Shown here: one piece after another, positions 39,201-50,025 of the stretch | Layout of the letters: every line of letters starts with the position of its first letter | Numbering within the stretch: position 1 is the first letter of the stretch | Assembly (NCBI GenBank): GCA_044892525.1 | Contig: CM097885.1 | Coordinates: 124,001-188,000 of the forward strand | Source of the DNA: Schmidtea polychroa | Taxonomy: Eukaryota | Direction: 5' to 3' | Length of the DNA stretch: 64,000 nt | Position numbers and translations under genes: made by a program | Notes under the pieces: model-generated | Databases searched by the model: none | Seen by the model: the letters and a program-made list of their open reading frames with translations, nothing else | What the model was told of the DNA's origin: nothing

Positions 39201-42200
39201 CCTCGAATAAATGGCTATCTGGAGTAAATATTTGTATTTGTCGAGAAATGAATAATTTATTATTAACTTCATCAATCAATACACACACAATAACAACTTA
39301 TTTTATATTATTCATATCAATAATGGCCTAGTGGTAATAGCAATCGCTTGCAATGCCAAAAACAATAGGTTCAAAACGCATTTCAGACAATTTGTTTAAA
39401 GTTCTTTTTTAAGAAAATTTGATCAGCATCCTCGATTTAGTACTTGTACAAAATTTAAAGGTAATTGGTCAACGGCATTTCTTAGAAATTTAAGATCAAG
39501 ATATTTTAACTTGAGCTACCAATGTACATGAGATAATTTAATTAATTTCAAATTATACATTTAACAAATTTGCTAATAACTTTTACAATATTAATTGTTC
39601 CAAATTAAAAAAGATATCAATAAATAGATAATTAAATTTACAATATAAATTATATCAATTTTGTAAAATAGTGTCAGATTTGAAAATTGGTAACTCTATA
39701 ATAAAGCTACCTAGATTAAAATTCTGTCTTAGGTGAGTGACAAAGTCAAGTAAATGACTAGCTCGAGTAAATGACTACCTCGAGTCAATGACAACCGAGA
39801 GTAAGTGGCTACCTCGAGTAAATTAGTACACCGAGTGAATGGCTTACTAGTGTAATTAGCTGCCTCAAATAAATAGCTATATCGTGTAATTGGCTACCAC
39901 ATGTAAAGCCTAGGTCAAGTACATGGCTACTACAAGTAAATGATTACCTCGAGTAAAGAGATAAGCTGGGTAAAGTTCTACCTCAAGTGAATAGCTAAGT
40001 CAAGTAAATGGCTTCTTCGAATTAATGGCTAACCTTGGTAAAATTCTACCTCAAGTAAATGGCTAAGTCAATTATATAGTTACATCAGATAAATGGCTAA
40101 CTCGAGTAAATAGCACACCGTGAAATTAGCTGCCACGTATCAAGTACATGGCTTCTTCAATTAAAAGGTTACCTCGATTAATTTGGCTCACTTGGGTAAA
40201 TTTCTACCTCGATGAGAACGGCTCAGTCAAATAATGGCTCACTTAAGCAATTGACTACTTCGTGTAGTTGACTTCCACGAATGAAAGTCTACATCAAGTA
40301 AATGGCTACATCAGATGAATGGCTACACAGAGTGAATGGCTAACCCGTTTAAATGACTATCTTAAGGAAATGACTACTTCATGTAAATGACTAAATCAGA
40401 TAAAAGGCTTCTTCAAGTAAATGGCTACTTCAAGTAAAGGGTTACCTCGAATAAATGGCTATCTGGAGTAAATATTTGTATTTGTCGAGAAATGAATAAT
40501 TTATTATTAACTTCATCAATCAATACACACACAATAACAACTTATTTTATATGATTCATATCAATAATGGTCTAGTGGTAATAGCAAACGCTTGCAATGC
40601 CAAAAACAATAGTTTCAAAACGCATTTCAGACAATTTTTTTAAGGTTCTTTTTTAAGAAAATTTGATCAGCATCCTCGATTTAGTACTTGTACAAAATTT
40701 AAAGGTAATTGGTCAACGGCATTTCTTAGAAATTTAAGATCAAGATATTTTAACTTGAGCTACCAATGTACATGAGATAATTTAATTAATTTCAAATTAT
40801 ACATTTAACAAATTTGCTAATAACTTTTACAATATTAATTGTTCTAAATTAAAAAAGATATCAATAAATAGATAATTAAATTTACAATGCAAATTATATC
40901 AATTTTGTAAAGTAGTGTCAGATTTGAAAATTGGTAACTCTATAATAAAGCTATTTAGATTAAAATTCTGTCTTAGGTGAGTGACAAAGTCAAGTAAATG
41001 ACTAGATCGAGTAAATGACTACCTCGAGTAAATGACAACCGAGAGTAAGTGGCTACCTCGAGTAAATTAGTACACCGAGTGAATGGCTTACTAGTGTAAT
41101 TAGCTGCCTCAAATAAATAGCTATATCGTGTAATTGGCTACCACATGTAAAGCCTAGGTCAAGTACATGGCTACTACAAGTAAATGGTTACCTCGAGTAA
41201 AGAGCTAAGCTGGGTAAAGTTCTACCTCAAGTGAATAGCTAAGTCAAGTAAATGGCTTCTTCGAATTAATGGCTAACCTTGGTAAAATTCTACCTCAAGT
41301 AAATGGCTAAGTCAATTATATAGTTACATCAGATAAATGGCTAACTCGAGTAAATAGCACACCGTGAAATTAGCTGCCACGTATCAAGTACATGGCTTCT
41401 TCAATTAAAAGGTTACCTCGATTAATTTGGCTCACTTGGGTAAATTTCTACCTCGATGAGAACGGCTCAGTCAAATAATGGCTCACTTAAGCAATTGACT
41501 ACTTCGTGTAGTTGACTTCCACGAATAAAAGTCTACATCAAGTAAATGGCTACATCAGATGAATGGCTACACAGAGTGAATGGCTAACCCGTTTAAATGA
41601 CTAGCTTAAGGAAATGGCTACTTCATGTAAATGACTAAATCAGATAAAAGGCTTCTTCAAGTAAATGGCTACTTCAAGAAAAGGGTTACCTCGAATAAAT
41701 GGCTATCTGGAGTAAATATTTGTATTTGTCGAGAAATGAATAATTTATTATTAACTTCATCAATCAATACACACACAATAACAACTTATTTTATATTATT
41801 CATATCAATAATGGCCTAGTGGTAATAGCAATCGCTTGCAATGCCAAAAACAATAGGTTCAAAACGCATTTCAGACAATTTGTTTAAAGTTCTTTTTTAA
41901 GAAAATTTGATCAGCATCCTCGATTTAGTACTTGTACAAAATTTAAAGGTAATTGGTCAACGGCATTTCTTAGAAATTTAAGATCAAGATATTTTAACTT
42001 GAGCTACCAATGTACATGAGATAATTTAATTAATTTCAAATTATACATTTAACAAATTTGCTAATAACTTTTACAATATTAATTGTTCCAAATTAAAAAA
42101 GATATCAATAAATAGATAATTAAATTTACAATATAAATTATATCAATTTTGTAAAATAGTGTCGGATTTGAAAATTGGTAACTCTATAATAAAGCTACCT

Positions 42201-45200
42201 AGATTAAAATTCTGACTTAGGTGAGTGACAAAGTCAAGTAAATGACTAGCTCGAGTAAATGACTACCTCGAGTAAATGACAACCGAGAGTAAGTGGCTAC
42301 CTCGAGTAAATTAGTACACCGAGTGAATGGCTTACTAGTGTAATTAGCTGCCTCAAATAAATAGCTATATCGTGTAATTGGCTACCTCATGTAAAGCCTA
42401 GGTCAAGTACATGGCTACTACAAGTAAATGGTTACCTCGAGTAAAGAGATAAGCTGGGTAAAGTTCTACCTCAAGTGAATAGCTAAGTCAAGTAAATGGC
42501 TTCTTCGAATTAATGGCTAACCTTGGTAAAATTCTACCTCAAGTAAATGGCTAAGTCAATTATATAGTTACATCAGATAAATGGCTAACTCGAGTAAATA
42601 GCACACCGTGAAATTAGCTGCCACGTATCAAGTACATGGCTTCTTCAATTAAAAGGTTACCTCGATTAATTTGGCTCACTTGGGTAAAATTCTACCTCGA
42701 TGGGAACGGCTCAGTCAAATAATGGTTCACTTAAGCAAATGACTACTTCGTATAGTTGAATTCCACGAATAAAAGTCTACATCAAGTAAATGGCTACATC
42801 AGATGAATGGCTACACAGAGTGAATGGCTAACCCGTTTAAATGACTAGCTTAAGGAAATGACTACTTCATGTAAATGACTAAATCAGATAAAAGGCTTCT
42901 TCAAGTAAATGGCTACTTCAAGAAAAGGGTTACCTCGAATAAATGGCTATCTGGAGTAAATATTTGTATTTGTCGAGAAATGAATAATTTATTATTAACT
43001 TCATCAATCAATACACACACAATAACAACTTATTTTATATTATTCATATCAATAATGGCCTAGTGGTAATAGCAATCGCTTGCAATGCCAAAAACAATAG
43101 GTTCAAAACGCATTTCAGACAATTTGTTTAAAGTTCTTTTTTAAGAAAATTTGATCAGCATCCTCGATTTAGTACTTGTACAAAATTTAAAGGTAATTGG
43201 TCAACGGCATTTCTTAGAAATTTAAGATCAAGATATTTTAACTTGAGCTACCAATGTACATGAGATAATTTAATTAATTTCAAATTATACATTTAACAAA
43301 TTTGCTAATAACTTTTACAATATTAATTGTTCCAAATTAAAAAAGATATCAATAAATAGATAATTAAATTTACAATATAAATTATATCAATTTTGTAAAA
43401 TAGTGTCAGATTTGAAAATTGGTAACTCTATAATAAAGCTACCTAGATTAAAATTCTGTCTTAGGTGAGTGACAAAGTCAAGTAAATGACTAGCTCGAGT
43501 AAATGACTACCTCGAGTCAATGACAACCGAGAGTAAGTGGCTACCTCGAGTAAATTAGTACACCGAGTGAATGGCTTACTAGTGTAATTAGCTGCCTCAA
43601 ATAAATAGCTATATCGTGTAATTGGCTACCACATGTAAAGCCTAGGTCAAGTACATGGCTACTACAAGTAAATGATTACCTCGAGTAAAGAGATAAGCTG
43701 GGTAAAGTTCTACCTCAAGTGAATAGCTAAGTCAAGTAAATGGCTTCTTCGAATTAATGGCTAACCTTGGTAAAATTCTACCTCAAGTAAATGGCTAAGT
43801 CAATTATATAGTTACATCAGATAAATGGCTAACTCGAGTAAATAGCACACCGTGAAATTAGCTGCCACGTATCAAGTACATGGCTTCTTCAATTAAAAGG
43901 TTACCTCGATTAATTTGGCTCACTTGGGTAAATTTCTACCTCGATGAGAACGGCTCAGTCAAATAATGGCTCACTTAAGCAATTGACTACTTCGTGTAGT
44001 TGACTTCCACGAATAAAAGTCTACATCAAGTAAATGGCTACATCAGATGAATGGCTACACAGAGTGAATGGCTAACCCGTTTAAATGACTATCTTAAGGA
44101 AATGACTACTTCATGTAAATGACTAAATCAGATAAAAGGCTTCTTCAAGTAAATGGCTACTTCAAGTAAAGGGTTACCTCGAATAAATGGCTATCTGGAG
44201 TAAATATTTGTATTTGTCGAGAAATGAATAATTTATTATTAACTTCATCAATCAATACACACACAATAACAACTTATTTTATATGATTCATATCAATAAT
44301 GGTCTAGTGGTAATAGCAAACGCTTGCAATGCCAAAAACAATAGTTTCAAAACGCATTTCAGACAATTTTTTTAAGGTTCTTTTTTAAGAAAATTTGATC
44401 AGCATCCTCGATTTAGTACTTGTACAAAATTTAAAGGTAATTGGTCAACGGCATTTCTTAGAAATTTAAGATCAAGATATTTTAACTTGAGCTACCAATG
44501 TACATGAGATAATTTAATTAATTTCAAATTATACATTTAACAAATTTGCTAATAACTTTTACAATATTAATTGTTCCAAATTAAAAAAGATATCAATAAA
44601 TAGATAATTAAATTTACAATATAAATTATATCAATTTTGTAAAATAGTGTCGGATTTGAAAATTGGTAACTCTATAATAAAGCTACCTAGATTAAAATTC
44701 TGACTTAGGTGAGTGACAAAGTCAAGTAAATGACTAGCTCGAGTAAATGACTACCTCGAGTAAATGACAACCGAGAGTAAGTGGCTACCTCGAGTAAATT
44801 AGTACACCGAGTGAATGGCTTACTAGTGTAATTAGCTGCCTCAAATAAATAGCTATATCGTGTAATTGGCTACCACATGTAAAGCCTAGGTCAAGTACAT
44901 GGCTACTACAAGTAAATGGTTACCTCGAGTAAAGAGATAAGCTGGGTAAAGTTCTACCTCAAGTGAATAGCTAAGTCAAGTAAATGGCTTCTTCGAATTA
45001 ATGGCTAACCTTGGTAAAATTCTACCTCAAGTAAATGGCTAAGTCAATTATATAGTTACATCAGATAAATGGCTAACTCGAGTAAATAGCACACCGTGAA
45101 ATTAGCTGCCACGTATCAAGTACATGGCTTCTTCAATTAAAAGGTTACCTCGATTAATTTGGCTCACTTGGGTAAAATTCTACCTCGATGAGAACGGCTC

Positions 45201-45546
45201 AGTCAAATAATGGTTCACTTAAGCAATTGACTACTTCGTATAGTTGACTTCCACGAATAAAAGTCTACATCAAGTAAATGGCTACATCAGATGAATGGCT
45301 ACACAGAGTGAATGGCTAACCCGTTTAAATGACTAGCTTAAGGAAATGACTACTTCATGTAAATGACTAAATCAGATAAAAGGCTTCTTCAAGTAAATGG
45401 CTACTTCAAGAAAAGGGTTACCTCGAATAAATGGCTATCTGGAGTAAATATTTGTATTTGTCGAGAAATGAATAATTTATTATTAACTTCATCAATCAAT
45501 ACACACAAAATAACAACTTTTTTTATATTATTCATATCAATAATGG
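21294..45546 (+). repeat. Tandem macrosatellite, ~19.5 copies of a ~1244 bp unit (~770 bp of degenerate 17-mers CTCGAGTAAATGGCTAC plus ~470 bp containing a tRNA-like cassette)
   Basis: Period read from recurring ORF starts (41631, 42875, 45363; 34165 to 39143 = 4 units). Copies are near-identical. Confidence 0.97.
21878..21957 (+). ncRNA. tRNA-like Pol III cassette (first copy; one per array unit)
   Basis: A-box TGGCCTAGTGG, B-box-like GGTTCAAAAC and a downstream T-run. No intact cloverleaf. Confidence 0.5.
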
Positions 45547-45565
45547 TGTTTAATTCGAGGTTCGG

Positions 45566-45715
45566 GTCTGTGTGCGCCTTTTACTATCCTTGTGTTGTTG
45601 GCTGTGGGCGCACACAGACGCATATAGTTGTGGGTGTGGTTTGGCTTTTTTCTATCGCGTCTGTGTGCGCGGTCTGGTTAGACCGAATATTGTTGGTGTG
45701 CGCACACAGACGCGA
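45566..45715. repeat. Four alternating-orientation copies of GTCTGTGTGCGC forming two inverted-repeat pairs
   Basis: 45566-45578/45607-45619 (13 bp perfect) and 45655-45670/45700-45715 (16 bp perfect). Confidence 0.85.
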
Positions 45716-45954
45716 GCAATGGATTGGTTTTGTAATCAAAGTTTTTTTTGGTTTTTGTTTTATTGGGTTAAATATTGAATGGAATTAGAAAAAATTCTGG
45801 AATGTTAATGAAATAAGAGTTGGTTAGTTGGATAAAGTTTGAGTTGTGAATTAAAGGGATTTTAAATTGAAGTCTGGAAGACAAACGGTCGATATTTGGA
45901 TATTGGATAGATTATCACTAATACAATTTAAATATTAAATTGATTTAATTCATT

Positions 45955-46530
45955 ATGTCTGGACACCAACGAAATACATGTGGAATTGATTTTCAAACAT
46001 CTTCAAATGCTGATTCATCCAAGAGGTCATATCATGCAAATCCTCCTCCTTCCTGCTTAATGACTGATTTTCAAACATCTTCAAATGCTGATTCATCCAA
46101 GAGATCATATAATGCAAATCCTGCTCCTTCCTGCTTAATGACTGATTTTCAAACATCTTCAAATGCTGATTCATCCAAGAGATCATATAATGCAAATCCT
46201 CCTCCTTCCTGTTTAATGACTGATTTTCGAGCTCGAGTATGTCGTGCACGAATGGGAGCAGCCCGATTTGAATATAAAATTGGATATGAAATGCTTGGTG
46301 CTATAATATGTCGCTCTATTGCGGATATTGATCAACTCTATTCCCAATCGGCTGAGAGGCGACCATTAGGATGTTCAGTGATGGCATTATCTGATAATAT
46401 GCAACTGGACAAAATGACATTATTAAAAATTGATGCAATGTCCTCTTTTGAGGAAAATAAAAGCTTTATGCAGTCGTGTGGACTTAAACATGGTAGCAGA
46501 GCGTGGTTCCGGCTAGCCAGCCGGAACAAG
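45955..46530 (+). CDS. Possible coding exon with three 78-bp (26 aa) tandem repeats; product unknown
   Basis: [26 protein letters not shown] x3. Coding-like composition ends at a candidate donor AAG|GTAATT at 46531. Confidence 0.35.
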
Positions 46531-46848
46531 GTAATTATTATCTATTATAAAATGTCTTTTTTGGTTTTATATATATTATGTAAATATTATGTTTATTATG
46601 TGTTTAATAATATTTTGGTAATTAATATGTTTTATAAAAAAGCGTGTTTGTGGTCACGCATATTATGTATATATTATAATACTTTTGTAAAATTAAACAT
46701 CCTCCCTTCCTTACCGAGCGTGGGAAAGTGCTGCTATGCGCCCCAGCACTCTTTTAAAGGGGGAAGCCAGGGGAACAGGGTAAAGAACAGAGCTGAGTCA
46801 AGGGTGAGGGCAAGCGGGGTAATGGGTTTTGAGTTGCGATGGGAAAGT

Positions 46849-47016
46849 CAAATATTTGTCAAAACTCTTACTGGTAAGACAATTACTCTGGACGTTGAAT
46901 GGAACGACACAATTGAAAAGGTGAAGGGAAATATCCGGGACAGGGAGGGGGTTCCGGTGGATTGTCAGGTGTTGGTGTGCGCAGGGAAGCAGTTAGAAAA
47001 TAAAAGAAGATTGAAT
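46849..47016 (+). pseudogene. Divergent ubiquitin-like domain truncated by the Polinton terminus
   Basis: [50 protein letters not shown] matches ubiquitin residues 2-51; similarity stops at AGTAGT (47017). Confidence 0.85.
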
Positions 47017-47950
47017 AGTAGTGTGTATATATACCCAACCCAAACAGCCCTCCCAACAAAAACATACCTCCATTACGCTTAAACCATTAGAAAAACAACA
47101 TAAAACCTATGTTTTTATAGTATTTTAATCCCATATTTTAAACAACAACCACCCTTAATCTTTAAAGCCTCAAACTCAAAAGCTTAAAACTAAAAAGAGA
47201 ATAGAAAAGAAAATGGCCTTATGAAAAAGTTAGAGGGCTATTTGGGATAGGGCTATATACACACTACTGATCGCAATGAAATTATTATTGATTTTAAATT
47301 ATATAAATTAAAAAATAAATGAAAAATAGTAAAACTGCTCTGAGGGGACAGTGGTATTTTTTTTTTTTTTTTTCACTGTCCCCTCAACAGTTTTTTTGAT
47401 CCGGATCATTTCAACCTCTTTCGTTTATCAAATCTCTTCTAATATACAAGCTGGCCAGACTCATACATCAGAATCAATCCGATAATAGCAGCACGCCTTA
47501 TTATTCGCTTCTCGCTCACGAAGTCGATTTCAACGGCGTTTTAAGCGTGCTGCTCGAAAGTACAAATGAATTCGAAAGCGAATCCGAAAGAGGTCCGAAA
47601 ACAACTGAGAAAGGGATCGATCCGGGGGTGTTCCAAAGACAGGTGGCGATAATTACCGGTTCGCCACCATCACCCGTTTCAATAAATTTTTTTTCATATT
47701 TATGTTTAAAAATAAAATAATAAATAAAATAAATAAAATAAATAAAATAAATAAAATAAAATAAAATAAAATAAAAATAAATAAAATAAAATATAAATCT
47801 AAGATAATCACACTATTATTTTCAAATTTTTAATATTATTTTATGTTGAAAAATAAACTAACCACAGTTAGGATTTGAACCGCTATCCATTTGAACCACG
47901 GTGCCGGTCTAGCCCACTGCGCTATCTAGGATTGGATTTTTGTCATTTTT
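47017..47950 (+). repeat. Left TIR (imperfect)
   Basis: Reverse-complement similarity to ~61390-62360. Confidence 0.88.
47849..47932 (-). ncRNA. Pol III type-2 (tRNA-like) unit in the left TIR
   Basis: A-box TAGCGCAGTGG, B-box GGTTCAAATCC (plus a second GGTTCAAATGG) and a T-rich end. Confidence 0.6.
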
Positions 47951-48178
47951 TAGACTATAAATAATCGATTCAAGTTCTTTAACTCTTTCCTGTAATTGTT
48001 TCATTTTCTTCAATCTTATATCAGCAACATCTACAGCCTTCATATAAAAATGTCGATACTTTTCATTATCTACCATCAACTCTTTGATGTATTCTAATGG
48101 TTCTTCTTCTCTTCTTTTCATTCTCTTATGTTTAACTTCATTCAATTCATTTCGCATTCTTTCTTTTAACTCATCCAT
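47909..48178 (-). CDS. Small coiled-coil hypothetical protein (89 aa)
   Basis: ATG in A-rich context and E/K/R-rich heptad pattern; no family recognised. Confidence 0.45.
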   Translation of the reverse strand: MDELKERMRNELNEVKHKRMKRREEEPLEYIKELMVDNEKYRHFYMKAVDVADIRLKKMKQLQERVKELESIIYSLKNDKNPILDSAVG

Positions 48179-48339
48179 TTTTATAAATATTTTTTTATTG
48201 GATATATTAATTTTTGGTAGCTTAAGTTAAAACGTTTTTGATCTTAAATTTCCAAGAGTTGCCGTTGACCAATCTCCTTAAAAATTTGTACAAGTACTAA
48301 ATCGAGTATGCTGATCAATATTTCGTTAATAAAAATTTG

Positions 48340-48418
48340 AAAAAAAATGACCGAAATGGGATTTGAACCCATTGGTATTGGCAATGCAGTCGAGTGCTAT
48401 TACCACTAAGCTATACTC
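48340..48418 (-). ncRNA. tRNA-derived (Cys-like) Pol III unit
   Basis: GTATAGCTTAGTGGTAATAGCACTCGACTGCA...GGGTTCAAATCCC followed by T8. D-arm, CT-GCA and T-loop resemble tRNA-Cys, but the anticodon and acceptor stems do not close. Confidence 0.65.
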
Positions 48419-48559
48419 AATATGAAATAAGTTGTTAATGTGTGACTATTTATTGATGAAATTAATAATTAATTATTCATTTTCTCGACAACTACCACTC
48501 AGATCCATCTGAAAATTTAAATATATACTAAAATCAGTACGCTGAATCAGATTCCGTTG

Positions 48560-48649
48560 AAAAAAAAATATCGAAACCAAAATCGAAAATTGAACCCGGT
48601 ACTCCCGGTGATAAAATTGAAGCCTATTCCCACTCCGCTATAATGGCTT
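48560..48649 (-). ncRNA. Pol III type-2 (tRNA-like) unit, divergent
   Basis: A-box TAGCGGAGTGG, degenerate B-box GGTTCAATT and T9 terminator. Confidence 0.5.
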
Positions 48650-48703
48650 ACATAATATATTTAATTAATCCTATTGTGTGTGTGTAAATTTTAATATATA
48701 AAA

Positions 48704-49996
48704 ATGAATAATATAAATCTTAAAATTCAAGAAAAAAATAAATTAAATCTTGATTATAATAAAGAATTTACTCATGAAATCAAGAAAAACGATGTACTTA
48801 AAATCTCCCCAACTTCAGGATCTATTGCAAACTTAAATCGTAGGGGTGATATAGTTTTTCAATCTCTTCAAACATCAAACCCTATAGATATTTGTAATGC
48901 TAAATTATATTATAAAATCGAATTAGAAATTGAAGCAAACAAAGATATAACCCTAGAAAATAATTTCTTTCCAAATTTATTCTCCAACATGAGATTAAAA
49001 CTAGGATCATCAGAAATTGAAACTGTTTTGCAGCCGGGAGTATATTCTACAATGTTAAATTTTATTTTGACTGGTTGTGATTATAAAAACGAATATGGTG
49101 AATTAACAGGTTGGATTCCTGATATTAATAAAGGGGATTTAGATAAAGATGGTTTAGATGTAAACCATGGTTACCATAAAAGAGCTGAACTTTATAAATC
49201 TAAAAAATTTGAAGGTTATTTTGAATTAAAACACTTGTTTGGATTCCTTCAAAACTATAATCGTATACTTCATAATGTTTTTATAGAATTCATCTGTAAT
49301 AGAGTAGAAGGTGATAAAAGATTGTTCTATGGAGCTGCAGATACAAAAGCTAAATTAAAATTATCAACACTTGAATTACATATACCTGAATGGACATTAA
49401 ACCCACATTCTGAGATTAAACTCCTTGAAAGATTAAATTCCAACAAGTCTATAAATGTAAATTATTTAAATAGAATCTGTAGTGAATTTAGTATGACAGA
49501 GGGTTCAACATATTCTATAAAGGTAGCAAATTTAGCATACCGACCAAGATATATCTTGATTGGATTCAAAGAAGTAGATTCATCTTTCCAAAAAAATAAC
49601 AACTTGTTTATTCAAAAGATTGGAGTTGATAATTTAAAAACAATCCAAATTCAATTAAATAGTTCTTATTATCCAATAAATAGAATGGAATTTAATATTG
49701 AAAATAATGAAAACATATTCCCATATCTAAATTATATTGAAACATGTTATGATTTCAAAATTGAACCGCAATTAAGTTTAGAAGATTTCAAAAATTTATA
49801 TTCTATATTTTGTATAAATGTTTCAGACCAAGATGATCGCCTAGCCATAAATAATGTTGATGTTACACTTCATGTAACAAAGGATTCTAATTTTAAAGCT
49901 AAAGTATATACATTAATATTAGAAGAAAAGAAAATAGAAATGAAATTATATGGTGGAAAGATTTCAATAATCGAAAATGTTAGGGGAGATTCTTGA
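48704..49996 (+). CDS. Polinton major capsid protein (hexon-like double jelly-roll)
   Basis: 430 aa intact. NNFFPNLFSNMRLKLG..IE..QPG, LKHLFGF..Y, RPRYILIGF and LNSSYYP motifs; element context. Confidence 0.85.
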   Translation: MNNINLKIQEKNKLNLDYNKEFTHEIKKNDVLKISPTSGSIANLNRRGDIVFQSLQTSNPIDICNAKLYYKIELEIEANKDITLENNFFPNLFSNMRLKLGSSEIETVLQPGVYSTMLNFILTGCDYKNEYGELTGWIPDINKGDLDKDGLDVNHGYHKRAELYKSKKFEGYFELKHLFGFLQNYNRILHNVFIEFICNRVEGDKRLFYGAADTKAKLKLSTLELHIPEWTLNPHSEIKLLERLNSNKSINVNYLNRICSEFSMTEGSTYSIKVANLAYRPRYILIGFKEVDSSFQKNNNLFIQKIGVDNLKTIQIQLNSSYYPINRMEFNIENNENIFPYLNYIETCYDFKIEPQLSLEDFKNLYSIFCINVSDQDDRLAINNVDVTLHVTKDSNFKAKVYTLILEEKKIEMKLYGGKISIIENVRGDS

Positions 49997-50025
49997 TATA
50001 ATCCCTGATATTTTAACATTTTAAA

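Noticed and set aside
21294..45546. CRISPR-like array
   Set aside because: No unique spacers; contiguous degenerate 17-mers and whole units repeat; no cas genes; eukaryotic context.
45575..45586. CGCCTTTTACTA resembling U5 snRNA loop 1
   Set aside because: Flanks do not form the U5 stem and no Sm-site context was found.
34165..45788. Repeated 62-aa ORF (MTKSDKRLL...) as a gene family
   Set aside because: Open only in units carrying particular point variants, built partly from 17-mer repeats, and no recognisable domain.
45955..47082. Single 375-aa protein
   Set aside because: Runs through an AT-rich intron-like stretch (46531-46700) and into the Polinton terminus; probably a chance join of separate parts.
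48340..48418. Functional tRNA-Cys gene
   Set aside because: Anticodon and acceptor stems do not pair; kept only as a tRNA-derived Pol III unit.
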